From: Lachnospiraceae bacterium
Lineage (GTDB): Bacteria; Bacillota; Clostridia; Lachnospirales; Lachnospiraceae
Direction of reading: 5' to 3'
DNA: 64,000 nucleotides
NCBI GenBank assembly: GCA_024403235.1
Contig: JAKSSF010000008.1
Location: 200 to 64,199 of the forward strand
The translations under genes and the position numbers were made by a program. Position 1 is the stretch's first letter. The number at the start of each line of letters is the position of its first letter. The notes beneath the pieces are model-generated. The model saw only the letters and a list, made by a program, of their open reading frames with translations, searched no databases and had not been told where the DNA came from. Shown here one piece after another: positions 1 through 9,456 of the stretch.

Positions 1-203
1 ACGCAGGAAAAGAAGAAAGAATCATTTCTGGTCTTAAGAGAATTTCTAAACCTGGTTTACGTGTATATGCTGGTAAAGATGAACTTCCAAGAGTACTTGG
101 TGGTTTAGGTATTGCTATTATTTCTACCAACCAGGGCGTTATCACTGACAAAGAAGCTAGAAAGCTTAACATTGGCGGTGAAGTATTAGCATTTGTTTGG
201 TAA
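1..203 (+). CDS. rpsH: 30S ribosomal protein S8, C-terminal part (5' end outside window)
   Basis: Frame 3 reads ...[33 protein letters not shown] and ends at TAA 201-203. It lies directly upstream of rplF, as in the spc operon. Confidence 0.9.
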   Translation, partial: AGKEERIISGLKRISKPGLRVYAGKDELPRVLGGLGIAIISTNQGVITDKEARKLNIGGEVLAFVW

Positions 204-242
204 TTACTATTAACAAGCTTCAATAAATAAGGAGGTACGGGC

Positions 243-785
243 ATGTCACGTATAGGAAGAATGCCAATCGCGATTCCTGCAGGTGTTACTGTAGAAGTTG
301 CAGAAAATAATAAAGTGACTGTAAAAGGTCCTAAGGGAACATTGGAAAGAGTGTTACCTGCTGAGATGGAAATCAAGGTAGAAGGTGCAGAAGTAGTTGT
401 TTCCAGACCAAATGATTTAAAGAAAATGAAATCTCTCCATGGTTTGACAAGAACACTTATCAATAACATGGTAGTAGGTGTTACTCAGGGTTATGAGAAG
501 AAATTGGAAGTAAACGGTGTTGGTTACAGAGCACAGAAATCCGGCAAAGTATTAACATTATCACTTGGTTACTCTCATCCTGTAGAAATGACTGATCCAG
601 AAGGTATCGAAACTGCTTTGGAAGGTCAGAATATCATCTACGTTAGAGGTATTGATAAAGAAAAGGTTGGCCAGTTTGCAGCTGAAATCAGAGATAAGAG
701 AAGACCTGAACCTTACAAAGGTAAAGGTATTAAGTATGCTGATGAAGTTATCAGACGTAAAGTTGGTAAGACCGGTAAGAAATAG
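243..785 (+). CDS. rplF: 50S ribosomal protein L6
   Basis: 180-aa ORF starting [19 protein letters not shown], a typical L6 N-terminus. AAGGAGG RBS lies 7 nt upstream; spc-operon order. Confidence 0.96.
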   Translation: MSRIGRMPIAIPAGVTVEVAENNKVTVKGPKGTLERVLPAEMEIKVEGAEVVVSRPNDLKKMKSLHGLTRTLINNMVVGVTQGYEKKLEVNGVGYRAQKSGKVLTLSLGYSHPVEMTDPEGIETALEGQNIIYVRGIDKEKVGQFAAEIRDKRRPEPYKGKGIKYADEVIRRKVGKTGKK

Positions 786-801
786 GTAAGGAGAGGAAAC
801 A

Positions 802-1170
802 ATGGTTAGTAAAAAGTCAAGACAAGAAGTTCGTGTTAAAAAACACATGAAAATCCGTAACCGTTTTAGCGGAACAGCTGAAAGACCACGTTTAGCAGTC
901 TTCAGAAGTAATAATCATATGTATGCTCAAATTATCGATGATACCGTTGGAAAAACTTTAGTAGCAGCTTCTACTGTAGAAAAAGAAGTAAAGGCTGAAT
1001 TAGAGCAGACTGACAATGTAGATGCAGCAGCATATGTTGGAACCTTAATTGCGAAGAGAGCAATGGAAAAAGGCATTAAAGAAGTAGTATTTGATAGAGG
1101 CGGCTTTATTTATCATGGTAAGGTTGCAGCTTTAGCAGAAGCAGCTAGAGAAGCTGGCTTAGAATTCTAG
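802..1170 (+). CDS. rplR: 50S ribosomal protein L18
   Basis: 122 aa; contains [35 protein letters not shown]; follows rplF. Confidence 0.95.
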   Translation: MVSKKSRQEVRVKKHMKIRNRFSGTAERPRLAVFRSNNHMYAQIIDDTVGKTLVAASTVEKEVKAELEQTDNVDAAAYVGTLIAKRAMEKGIKEVVFDRGGFIYHGKVAALAEAAREAGLEF

Positions 1171-1187
1171 GAAGGGGAGAAAATTTT

Positions 1188-1697
1188 ATGAAACGTACTC
1201 TCATTGATACAACAAACATGGAATTAACTGAAAAAGTTGTTTCTATCAAGCGCGTAACTAAGGTTGTAAAGGGTGGTCGTAACATGCGTTTCACCGCTTT
1301 AGTAGTAGTAGGTGACGGAAACGGTCATGTTGGCGCTGGTTTAGGAAAAGCGACAGAAATTCCAGATGCAATCCGCAAAGGAAAAGAAGATGCAATCAAA
1401 CATCTGATTCCAGTGGCTTTAGATGAAAATAAATCTATTTCACATGATTTCTTAGGAAAGTTCGGTTCTGCAACCGTTCTTTTAAAGAAAGCTCCTGAAG
1501 GTACCGGTATTATCGCTGGTGGTCCTGCTCGTAACGTTTGTGAACTTGCAGGTATCAAGAATATCCGTACAAAATCTTTAGGATCAAACAACAAACAGAA
1601 CGTTGTATTAGCAACTATCAACGGATTACAGAATTTGAAATCCCCTGAAGAAGTTGCTGCAAAACGTGGCAAATCTGTAGAAGAAGTTATTGGTTAG
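1188..1697 (+). CDS. rpsE: 30S ribosomal protein S5
   Basis: 169 aa; contains [34 protein letters not shown]. Confidence 0.96.
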   Translation: MKRTLIDTTNMELTEKVVSIKRVTKVVKGGRNMRFTALVVVGDGNGHVGAGLGKATEIPDAIRKGKEDAIKHLIPVALDENKSISHDFLGKFGSATVLLKKAPEGTGIIAGGPARNVCELAGIKNIRTKSLGSNNKQNVVLATINGLQNLKSPEEVAAKRGKSVEEVIG

Positions 1698-1709
1698 GAG
1701 GAGAGAAAA

Positions 1710-1895
1710 ATGGCAGATAAAATGTTAAAAATCACTTTAGTGAAATCTCCCATTGGTGCTGTTCCTAAGAATAGAGCAGTTGTAGAGGCTATGGGTCTTA
1801 GAAAACTTCACAAAACTGTTCTGATGCCTGATAATGAGGCAACAAGAGGAATGATTCAAAAAGTAGGCTATATGCTTAAAGTTGAAGAAGCATAA
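1710..1895 (+). CDS. rpmD: 50S ribosomal protein L30
   Basis: 61 aa; KITLVKSPIG...GLRKLHKTV; conserved position between rpsE and rplO. Confidence 0.93.
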   Translation: MADKMLKITLVKSPIGAVPKNRAVVEAMGLRKLHKTVLMPDNEATRGMIQKVGYMLKVEEA

Positions 1896-1913
1896 GTAGA
1901 AGGAGGTGTCAGA

Positions 1914-2354
1914 ATGGAATTATCAAATTTACAGCCAGCAGCTGGCTCAAAGCATAGTGATAATTTTAGAAGAGGTCGTGGACACGGTTCAGGAAATGGC
2001 AAGACCGCTGGTAAGGGACATAAGGGTCAGAAGGCTCGTTCAGGTGCTCCCAGACCAGGTTTTGAAGGTGGTCAGATGCCTTTATACAGACGTATTCCTA
2101 AGAGAGGCTTCACAAACAGAAACTCTAAGGAAATCGTTGCAATTAATGTTTGCGAATTAGAAAGATTCGAAAATGGTACAGAAGTTACTGTTGAAACATT
2201 ATTAGAAACCGGTGTAATCAAAAATCCAAGAGATGGTGTTAAGATCCTCGGAAATGGAGAATTAACCAAGAAACTCAATGTTAAAGTAAATGCATTCTCT
2301 GCATCTGCAAAAGAAAAAATTGAGGCACTTGGTGGAACTGCAGAGGTGATGTAA
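1914..2354 (+). CDS. rplO: 50S ribosomal protein L15
   Basis: 146 aa; [42 protein letters not shown] glycine/basic N-terminus typical of L15. Confidence 0.96.
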   Translation: MELSNLQPAAGSKHSDNFRRGRGHGSGNGKTAGKGHKGQKARSGAPRPGFEGGQMPLYRRIPKRGFTNRNSKEIVAINVCELERFENGTEVTVETLLETGVIKNPRDGVKILGNGELTKKLNVKVNAFSASAKEKIEALGGTAEVM

Positions 2355-2355
2355 T

Positions 2356-3669
2356 ATGCTTACAACCCTGAAAAATGCTTTTAAAATCAAAGATATTCGA
2401 AAACGTTTATGGTTTACATTTTTAATGTTAGTTGTGATTCGTTTAGGATCACAGCTACCGGTTCCGGGTGTTGATCGTACCTTTTTCGCATCTTGGTTTG
2501 CACAGCAGATGGGTGATGCATCAGGCTTTGTAGATGCAATTACAGGTGGTTCATTCTTGCAGATGTCCGTATTTGCATTGAATATTACACCATACATTAC
2601 ATCCTCCATTATTATGCAGCTATTAACCATAGCAATTCCTAAATTGGAAGAAATGCAGAAGGATGGAGAAGAAGGTCGTAAGAAAATTGCTTCTATCACC
2701 CGTTATGTTACTGTTGCATTAGCATTGATTGAATCTACAGCGATGGCAATTGGCTTCGGAAGAAGTGGATTGTTGGAAAGTTTCAATGTATTGAATGTAT
2801 TAACAGTAATCGTTGCTTTAACTGCAGGTAGTGCATTCCTTATGTGGGTTGGTGAACAGATCACTGAGCATGGTGTAGGAAATGGTATTTCAATCGTATT
2901 GACCATTAATATTATTTCCAGAATGCCAAGCGATATTAAGAGCTTGTTTGATCAGTTCATATCCGGAAAAGCAATTGCAGTTGGCGTGTTAAACGCATGT
3001 ATTATTCTTGCCATTATTCTTGGCATGATTATTTTGGTTATTATCTTGAATGACGGTATTCGTAAGATTCCTGTTCAGTATGCGAAGAAAATTCAAGGCA
3101 ACAGAACATATGGCGGTCAGTCAAGTAATATTCCATTAAAAGTAAATACAGCTGGTGTTATTCCTATTATCTTTGCATCTTCTCTTTTACAGATGCCATT
3201 GATTGTAACTTCAACCTTTAGAATCAATGCAAATAATTTCTGGATTGAGTTATGCAAATACTTAAACTCAGGTAACTGGGTAAAACTTGCAACCCCTCAA
3301 TATACCATTGGTTTGGTTATTTATGTAGTATTAGTAATCTTTTTTGCTTACTTCTACACATCAATCACCTTCAATCCACTTGAGATTGCAGATAATATGA
3401 AAAAACAGGGCGGATTTATTCCGGGTATCAGACCTGGCCGGCCAACCAGTGAATATTTAACCAAGATTTTGAACTACATTATCTTTATTGGTGCAGTAGG
3501 ACTTACCATTATCGGTATTCTTCCTTATGTATTCAATGGTTTATTTAATGCTAGCGTATCCTTTGGTGGTACAAGTCTTATCATCATCGTTAGTGTTATC
3601 TTAGAGACAATCAAACAGATTGAATCCTTAATGTTAGTTCGTAATTACAAAGGTTTTTTGAATGATTAA
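2356..3669 (+). CDS. secY: preprotein translocase subunit SecY
   Basis: 437 aa, about 10 hydrophobic segments, starts 2 nt after the rplO stop; conserved spc-operon position. Confidence 0.96.
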   Translation: MLTTLKNAFKIKDIRKRLWFTFLMLVVIRLGSQLPVPGVDRTFFASWFAQQMGDASGFVDAITGGSFLQMSVFALNITPYITSSIIMQLLTIAIPKLEEMQKDGEEGRKKIASITRYVTVALALIESTAMAIGFGRSGLLESFNVLNVLTVIVALTAGSAFLMWVGEQITEHGVGNGISIVLTINIISRMPSDIKSLFDQFISGKAIAVGVLNACIILAIILGMIILVIILNDGIRKIPVQYAKKIQGNRTYGGQSSNIPLKVNTAGVIPIIFASSLLQMPLIVTSTFRINANNFWIELCKYLNSGNWVKLATPQYTIGLVIYVVLVIFFAYFYTSITFNPLEIADNMKKQGGFIPGIRPGRPTSEYLTKILNYIIFIGAVGLTIIGILPYVFNGLFNASVSFGGTSLIIIVSVILETIKQIESLMLVRNYKGFLND

Positions 3670-3676
3670 TGAGGCT

Positions 3677-3711
3677 GGGGGCAGGACTTTACTTGCCCCC
3701 GCTTATTTTTT
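3677..3711 (+). terminator. intrinsic terminator-like hairpin after secY
   Basis: GGGGGCA (3677-3683) pairs with TGCCCCC (3694-3700), followed by GCTTATTTTTT. Confidence 0.6.
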
Positions 3712-3773
3712 CTAAAGAAGCATGTAGATAAATAGTGAGTTTCACTGTTTAGATAGAGAGAAAGGTATAAAGT

Positions 3774-4415
3774 ATGAAGATTATTATGTTGGGTGCACCT
3801 GGTGCCGGCAAAGGTACACAGGCAAAAATGATTGCAGATAAATATGGGTTACCACATGTATCTACAGGTGATATTTTTAGAGCAAATATCAAAGAAGGTA
3901 CAGAACTTGGAAAAGAAGCAAAAAAATATATGGATGCTGGTCAGTTAGTTCCCGATGAGTTAACTGTAAAGATTTTATTGGATCGTGTTGCAAAAGATGA
4001 TTGCAAGAACGGTTATGTATTGGATGGCTTCCCAAGAACTATTCCTCAAGCAGAAGTTTTGGACAAAGCATTGACAGAATTAGGCGATAAAATCGACTAT
4101 GCAATCAATGTAGATGTTCCTGATGAAAATATTGTAAAGAGAATGTCCGGAAGACGTGCTTGTGTAAACTGTGGAGCAACCTACCATATTGAACACATTC
4201 CACCAAAGACAGAAGGTATCTGTGATCGCTGTGGTAAAGAGTTGATTTTAAGAGATGATGATAAACCGGAAACTGTATTAAACAGATTGAAAGTATATCA
4301 TGATCAGACACAGCCTTTGATTGATTTCTATACCGGAAAAGGTGTTTTGAAGTCAGTAGACGGAACTGTAGATATGAAAGATGTATTTGCAAGTATAGTT
4401 GCAATTCTTGGTTAA
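3774..4415 (+). CDS. adk: adenylate kinase (zinc-lid type)
   Basis: P-loop [10 protein letters not shown]; lid cysteines CVNCG...CDRCG; 213 aa. Confidence 0.96.
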   Translation: MKIIMLGAPGAGKGTQAKMIADKYGLPHVSTGDIFRANIKEGTELGKEAKKYMDAGQLVPDELTVKILLDRVAKDDCKNGYVLDGFPRTIPQAEVLDKALTELGDKIDYAINVDVPDENIVKRMSGRRACVNCGATYHIEHIPPKTEGICDRCGKELILRDDDKPETVLNRLKVYHDQTQPLIDFYTGKGVLKSVDGTVDMKDVFASIVAILG

Positions 4416-4442
4416 TTAATGCATAGATAAAAAGAGGCAAAC

Positions 4443-5195
4443 ATGGCTGTTTCAATTAAATCAGAACGAGAAATAGAATTCATGAGAGAAGCCGGCAAGA
4501 TTCTTGCCAAAGTGCATGACGAATTAGGGCAGGCAATCAAACCCGGTATTTCTACATGGGAAATTGATAAATTAGGAGAAAAACTAATTAGAAGTTACGA
4601 TTGTATTCCAAACTTTTTGAATTATAACGGATATCCGGCTTCTATTTGTGTATCAGTCAATGAGGAAGTGGTACATGGTATTCCGAAAAAAAACCGTATT
4701 TTGAAAGAAGGAGATATCGTAAGCCTGGATGCAGGATTGATCCACAAGGGCTATCATTCAGATGCTGCAAGAACCTACGCAGTTGGAAAAGTAAGTCCGG
4801 AAGTGCAAAAGCTGATAGATGAAACAAAACAAAGCTTTTTTGAAGGCATAAAAATGGCAAAAGCGGGCAATCATCTATTTGACATTTCCAATGCTATCGA
4901 TGCATATATTTCAAAATGTGGATATGGGATCGTAAGAGATTTGGTGGGACATGGTATTGGAACCAGTCTTCATGAAGATCCCCAAATACCGAACTTCCAT
5001 CAAAATAGAAGAGGACTGCTTTTACAGCCTGGTATGACATTGGCAGTAGAACCCATGATTAATATGGGGAGAGCAGATGTGGAATGGTTAGCGGATAACT
5101 GGACAGTAGTTGCAGAAGACGGATTACCATCAGCCCATTATGAAAATACCATTCTAATTACCGATGGAGAGCCGGAAATATTAACATTGTTATAA
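4443..5195 (+). CDS. map: type I methionine aminopeptidase
   Basis: 250 aa; metal-ligand blocks DAGLIHKGYHSDAARTY, GHGIGTSLHE, EPMI and ENTILIT. Confidence 0.95.
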   Translation: MAVSIKSEREIEFMREAGKILAKVHDELGQAIKPGISTWEIDKLGEKLIRSYDCIPNFLNYNGYPASICVSVNEEVVHGIPKKNRILKEGDIVSLDAGLIHKGYHSDAARTYAVGKVSPEVQKLIDETKQSFFEGIKMAKAGNHLFDISNAIDAYISKCGYGIVRDLVGHGIGTSLHEDPQIPNFHQNRRGLLLQPGMTLAVEPMINMGRADVEWLADNWTVVAEDGLPSAHYENTILITDGEPEILTLL

Positions 5196-5240
5196 TAGGA
5201 AGAAGCAATGTAAAAATATGTTAGATAAGGTAGTAACCAT

Positions 5241-5492
5241 ATGGTAGGAATGTTAGCAACCTCACTGATGGGACATGACAAAGGAAAGATATATGTCATA
5301 GTTGAGGAAACAAAAGATGCTGTAATGTTAGCTGATGGAAAGCTTCGCCCGGTAGGTAAGCCAAAGAAGAAGAAAAAGAAGCACATTCAGCTAATCAAAA
5401 AGGTTGTTTTAGAAAACCAACAGTTAGAGAATGATTTGAGTATTCAAAAAGCATTGAAAGAATATAGGAGGAGACAAGATGTCCAAATCTGA
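5241..5492 (+). CDS. small KOW-domain RNA-binding protein (L14E/L6E-like) found between map and infA in Firmicutes
   Basis: 83 aa with [20 protein letters not shown] followed by KPKKKKKKH. The 3' end overlaps the infA start by 14 nt. The exact start codon (5241 or a downstream ATG) is uncertain. Confidence 0.7.
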   Translation: MVGMLATSLMGHDKGKIYVIVEETKDAVMLADGKLRPVGKPKKKKKKHIQLIKKVVLENQQLENDLSIQKALKEYRRRQDVQI

Positions 5493-5697
5493 TGTTATTG
5501 AAATCGAAGGAACAGTAGTAGAAAAGTTACCCAATACCATGTTTCAGGTAGAATTAGAAAATGGTCACAAGGTACTGGCACATATCAGTGGTAAGTTACG
5601 TCAGAATTTTATTCGTATTTTACCAGGTGATAAAGTGACCTTGGAACTTTCCCCTTATGACCTGTCTAAAGGAAGAATTATTTGGAGAGATAAATAA
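5479..5697 (+). CDS. infA: translation initiation factor IF-1
   Basis: 72 aa; [40 protein letters not shown]; AGGAGG RBS upstream. Confidence 0.97.
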   Translation: MSKSDVIEIEGTVVEKLPNTMFQVELENGHKVLAHISGKLRQNFIRILPGDKVTLELSPYDLSKGRIIWRDK

Positions 5698-5793
5698 AGA
5701 AATATTCCATAAAAGAATTTAGAAAAACTCTTGCAAATAGCCAAGCTGCATGGTAAAATGATAAACGGTCTTTTTATGAAAGGAGGGTTTAAC

Positions 5794-5907
5794 ATGAAGG
5801 TTAGATCATCAGTAAAGCCAATTTGTGAAAAGTGCAAAGTTATTAAAAGAAAAGGTTCTATCAGAATTATCTGTGAGAATCCTAAGCACAAACAGAGACA
5901 GGGTTAA
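5794..5907 (+). CDS. rpmJ: 50S ribosomal protein L36
   Basis: Below the ORF-track size cutoff. My manual translation gives [37 protein letters not shown], then a stop. GGAGGG RBS lies 6-7 nt upstream. Confidence 0.93.
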   Translation: MKVRSSVKPICEKCKVIKRKGSIRIICENPKHKQRQG

Positions 5908-5975
5908 TTCATTCGATTGATAGACCGGAATGAATGAACTGTCACATTATTTATAGCAGTATTAGAATGTAAGGA

Positions 5976-6005
5976 CTTCTATATATATTATATAGAAGGT
6001 TTTTG
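5976..6005 (+). terminator. intrinsic terminator after rpmJ
   Basis: CTTCTATATA...TATATAGAAG forms a 10-bp stem with a 3-nt loop (5976-5998), followed by GTTTTT. Confidence 0.6.
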
Positions 6006-6207
6006 CATGATTAAGATAATGGAACGTACTTAAGGCGGTACGGGAAATTACTTTTTGATACCGAGAATAATGTCACACAAATGGTTGCAGTAGTTTCAAT
6101 AAGAAACTGCACTAAGTATCGGAAAAGCCGAGTCCTTATTCGGCCGGGTATTACTACCCCAATCAATTAGTAACGAAAAACAAAACAGAAAACGGAGGAA
6201 AACGTAA
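6006..6207 (+). promoter_or_regulatory. long untranslated spacer upstream of rpsM (possible promoter plus structured leader)
   Basis: No credible ORF. Local hairpins are GTTTC-AATAA-GAAAC with flanking pairs (about 6087-6112) and GCCGAG-TCCTTA-TTCGGC (6127-6144). The GGAGG RBS is at 6194-6198. Confidence 0.3.
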
Positions 6208-6576
6208 ATGGCTCGTATCGCAGGTGTTGACTTACCTAGAGAAAAACGTGTTGAAATCGGTTTAACTTACATCTATGGTATTGGTAGAGTAAGCTCTAAC
6301 AAGATTTTAGCTGAAGCCGGTGTTAATCCTGACACTCGTGTTAGAGATTTAACAGATGACGAAGTAAAGAAAATCGCTGAGGTTATTGACAAGACAATGA
6401 CTGTAGAAGGTGATTTGAGAAGAGAAATCGCTCTGAACATCAAGAGATTACAGGAAATCGGATGCTACAGAGGTATTCGTCATAGAAAAGGACTTCCAGT
6501 TCGTGGTCAGAAGACTAAGACCAATGCTAGAACTAGAAAAGGTCCTAAGAGAACAGTTGCAAACAAGAAAAAATAA
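6208..6576 (+). CDS. rpsM: 30S ribosomal protein S13
   Basis: 122 aa; [26 protein letters not shown]. Confidence 0.97.
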   Translation: MARIAGVDLPREKRVEIGLTYIYGIGRVSSNKILAEAGVNPDTRVRDLTDDEVKKIAEVIDKTMTVEGDLRREIALNIKRLQEIGCYRGIRHRKGLPVRGQKTKTNARTRKGPKRTVANKKK

Positions 6577-6610
6577 TGTATTCAAGTAAAGGAAAGTAGG
6601 TTAGTTTATC

Positions 6611-7006
6611 ATGGCTAAAAAAGTTGCAAAAAAAGTAACAAAAAAGCGCGTTAAGAAAAACGTTGAACGTGGACAGGCACATATTCAGTCATCTTTCAAT
6701 AACACAATCGTTACATTGACGGATGCAGAAGGTAATGCATTAAGCTGGGCAAGTGCCGGTGGTCTTGGTTTTAGAGGTTCAAGGAAATCTACTCCATATG
6801 CAGCACAGATGGCTGCTGAAACTGCTACAAAAGCAGCTTTAATTCATGGACTTAAGACAGTAGATGTATTCGTAAAAGGACCTGGCTCAGGACGTGAAGC
6901 AGCAATTCGTGCACTTCAGGCATCTGGTCTTGAAGTAATTAGTATCAGAGACGTAACTCCAGTACCTCATAATGGATGTCGTCCTCCTAAACGTCGTAGA
7001 GTTTAA
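6611..7006 (+). CDS. rpsK: 30S ribosomal protein S11
   Basis: 131 aa; [36 protein letters not shown]. Confidence 0.97.
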   Translation: MAKKVAKKVTKKRVKKNVERGQAHIQSSFNNTIVTLTDAEGNALSWASAGGLGFRGSRKSTPYAAQMAAETATKAALIHGLKTVDVFVKGPGSGREAAIRALQASGLEVISIRDVTPVPHNGCRPPKRRRV

Positions 7007-7099
7007 TCTTGACCTTTAGGAAATGAAACTGTAAACAAACATATGTTGGAAGAAAGTACAATGTACTGTAAACAACCACTAGAATCGGAGGATTAAGAA
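7007..7099 (+). promoter_or_regulatory. rpsK-rpsD spacer, candidate S4 autoregulatory leader
   Basis: 93-nt untranslated gap. Exact 11-nt direct repeat ACTGTAAACAA at 7028-7038 and 7065-7075; small hairpin AGTAC-AAT-GTACT between them; GGAGG RBS at 7087-7091. Confidence 0.3.
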
Positions 7100-7696
7100 A
7101 TGGCAGTAAATAGAGTTCCAGTGTTAAAGAGATGTAGATCCCTTGACTTAGATCCTGTATTTTTAGGATATTCTAAGAAATCTAACAGAAAAAATGCAAG
7201 AGCTAACAAGAAGATGAGCGGCTACGGTACTCAGTTAAGAGAAAAACAGAAAGCAAAATTCATCTACGGTGTGTTAGAAAAACCTTTCAGAAATTACTAT
7301 GAAAAGGCTGCTAACATGATGACCGGTCTTGCAGGTGAAAACTTAATGACTATCTTGGAAAGCAGATTAGATAGCGTTGTTTTCAGAATGGGATTTGCTA
7401 GAACAAGAAGAGAAGCTAGACAGATCGTTGGTCATAAGCATGTATTAGTAAATGGCAAACAGATTAACATCCCTTCTTACTTAGTAAAAGCTGGCGATGT
7501 AATTGAAATTAGAGAAAAATCTAAATCATTACAGAGATACAAAGATATTCTTGAAGTTACAAGCACAAGATTATTCCCTGCATGGATGGATGTAGATGTA
7601 GAAAACTTAAAAGGAACTGTTAAGAACCTTCCTACAAGAGAAGAAATTGATGTTCCTGTAAACGAAATGCTTATCGTCGAATTATATTCTAAATAA
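7100..7696 (+). CDS. rpsD: 30S ribosomal protein S4
   Basis: 198 aa; S4 N-terminal region plus S4 RNA-binding domain (RLDSVVFRMGFARTRREARQIVGHKHVLVNGK). Confidence 0.96.
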   Translation: MAVNRVPVLKRCRSLDLDPVFLGYSKKSNRKNARANKKMSGYGTQLREKQKAKFIYGVLEKPFRNYYEKAANMMTGLAGENLMTILESRLDSVVFRMGFARTRREARQIVGHKHVLVNGKQINIPSYLVKAGDVIEIREKSKSLQRYKDILEVTSTRLFPAWMDVDVENLKGTVKNLPTREEIDVPVNEMLIVELYSK

Positions 7697-7741
7697 GCTT
7701 AATCAGTATCTATTATTTATTCATAAAGGAGGGTATTTGCA

Positions 7742-8701
7742 GTGTTTGATTTTGAAAGACCAAATATTGAGGTTGAAGAAATCTCTGATGACAAGAAGTA
7801 CGGCAGATTCGTAGTAGAACCTTTGGAAAGAGGCTACGGAATTACATTAGGTAACTCATTAAGAAGAATCATGCTTTCTTCTTTACCGGGTGCAGCAGTA
7901 AGTCAGGTGAAAATCGAAGGCGTATTGCATGAATTCAGTTCTATCCCTGGCGTAAAAGAAGATGTTACTGAAATCATCATGAACATCAAGAGCCTTGCTA
8001 TCAAGAATAACAGTGAAACTAACGAGCCTAAGACCGCTTACATTGAGTTTGAGGGCGAAGGTGTAGTTCGTGCATCTGATATTCAGGTGGATCAGGATAT
8101 CGAGATTATGAATCCTGACCAGGTTATCGCAACTTTAAGTGGCGGTAAAGATAGTAAATTATATATGGAACTTACTATCACTAAGGGTAGAGGCTATGTA
8201 AGTGCAGATAAGAATAAGAGCGAAGATTTACCAATTGGTGTTATCGCAATCGATTCTATCTATACTCCTGTTGAGAGAGTTAATTTAACAGTGAATAATA
8301 CACGTGTTGGTCAGATTACCGATTTTGATAAATTGACTTTAGACGTGCATACAAACGGAACCTTAGCTCCCGATGAAGCTGTTAGTTTGGCTGCAAAGGT
8401 ACTTAGCGAACACTTAAGCCTTTTCATTGACTTATCTGAAAATGCCAAATCAGTAGATGTTATGGTAGAAAAAGAAGACGATGAAAAAGAAACAGTTTTA
8501 GCAATGAGCATTGATGAATTAGAGTTATCTGTTCGTTCTTATAACTGCTTAAAGAGAGCTGGTATTAATACAGTTGAAGAATTAACCAATAAAACTTCAG
8601 AAGATATGATGAAAGTTCGTAACTTAGGTAGAAAATCCTTAGAAGAAGTTTTGGCAAAATTAAAAGAGTTAGGCTTACAGTTAAATCCTAGTGAAGAATA
8701 A
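7742..8701 (+). CDS. rpoA: DNA-directed RNA polymerase subunit alpha
   Basis: 319 aa with GTG start. N-terminal domain [33 protein letters not shown]; C-terminal domain [22 protein letters not shown]. Confidence 0.96.
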   Translation: MFDFERPNIEVEEISDDKKYGRFVVEPLERGYGITLGNSLRRIMLSSLPGAAVSQVKIEGVLHEFSSIPGVKEDVTEIIMNIKSLAIKNNSETNEPKTAYIEFEGEGVVRASDIQVDQDIEIMNPDQVIATLSGGKDSKLYMELTITKGRGYVSADKNKSEDLPIGVIAIDSIYTPVERVNLTVNNTRVGQITDFDKLTLDVHTNGTLAPDEAVSLAAKVLSEHLSLFIDLSENAKSVDVMVEKEDDEKETVLAMSIDELELSVRSYNCLKRAGINTVEELTNKTSEDMMKVRNLGRKSLEEVLAKLKELGLQLNPSEE

Positions 8702-8848
8702 ACTGTATTCCTTATAAAAGGTAAGTATGGTAAATCCAAAGAGTACATCTTACCTATCATGATTGGAACTGTTAACGGGCATAAGCCCCAACCCATTCGG
8801 TAAGTAAGACCAAAGAGCGTAGCCGGATGGCCATGAAGGAGAATGAAA
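8702..8848 (+). promoter_or_regulatory. structured rpoA-rplQ spacer (possible rplQ leader)
   Basis: 147-nt gap. AGGTAAG/CTTACCT 7-bp helix; CCATTCGG...CCGGATGG 8-bp helix (one G-U) ending 5 nt before the AAGGAG RBS. Confidence 0.25.
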
Positions 8849-9385
8849 ATGGCAAAGTACAGAAAATTAGGCAAAACAAGTAGCCAGAGAAAAGCATTAT
8901 TAAGAAACCAGATTACTCAGCTTGTATATCATGGAAAAATTGTTACTACTCAGGCTAGAGCAAAAGAAGTTCAGAAACAGGTTGAATCAATCATCGCATT
9001 GGCTGTAAAAGAAAAAGATAACTTTGAAATGGTTAAAGTTACAGCTAAAGTTGCTCGTAAAGACAAAGACGGCAAGAGAGTAAAAGAAGTTGTTGATGGA
9101 AAGAAAGTAACTGTATACGATGAAGTTGAAAAAGAGATCAAAAAAGATATGCCTAGCAGATTACATGCTAGAAGACAGATCATGAAGACTCTTTATCCTG
9201 TAACAGAAGTTCCTACAGCAGCTGCTGGAAAGAAGAAAAATACAAAAGAAATCGATTTAGTTGCAAAATTATTCGATGAAGTAGCTCCTAAATATGTTGA
9301 TCGTAAAGGTGGTTACACCAGAGTTGTTAAGATTGGTCAGCGTAAAGGTGATGCTGCAATGATGGTTGTATTAGAATTAGTATAA
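8849..9385 (+). CDS. rplQ: 50S ribosomal protein L17 (long form with internal Lys/Glu-rich insertion)
   Basis: [20 protein letters not shown]...[26 protein letters not shown] chose ATG 8849 over 8843 because AAGGAG at 8836-8841 gives a 7-nt spacer. Confidence 0.93.
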   Translation: MAKYRKLGKTSSQRKALLRNQITQLVYHGKIVTTQARAKEVQKQVESIIALAVKEKDNFEMVKVTAKVARKDKDGKRVKEVVDGKKVTVYDEVEKEIKKDMPSRLHARRQIMKTLYPVTEVPTAAAGKKKNTKEIDLVAKLFDEVAPKYVDRKGGYTRVVKIGQRKGDAAMMVVLELV

Positions 9386-9397
9386 TTTGTACAATGC

Positions 9398-9427
9398 AAA
9401 AAGCTCCGCGAAATGCGGAGCTTTTTT
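9398..9427. terminator. bidirectional intrinsic terminator between rplQ and the convergent M15 peptidase gene
   Basis: AAAAAGCTCCGC-GAAAT-GCGGAGCTTTTTT, with an A-tract and a T-tract flanking a GC-rich 7-bp core. Confidence 0.8.
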
Positions 9428-9456
9428 ATTGCTTATAATTGTGATAGATTGTTATG

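Noticed and set aside
1906-2160. Alternative-frame + strand ORF overlapping rplO.
   Set aside because: The neighbouring frame encodes an unmistakable L15 sequence, and this frame has no recognisable features.
561-2699. Minus-strand ORFs in the track (561-848, 1325-1672, 2072-2278, 2262-2699) opposite rplF, rpsE, rplO and secY.
   Set aside because: They lie entirely antisense to highly conserved ribosomal or Sec genes. They have no RBS context and low-complexity, atypical composition. They are shadow ORFs.
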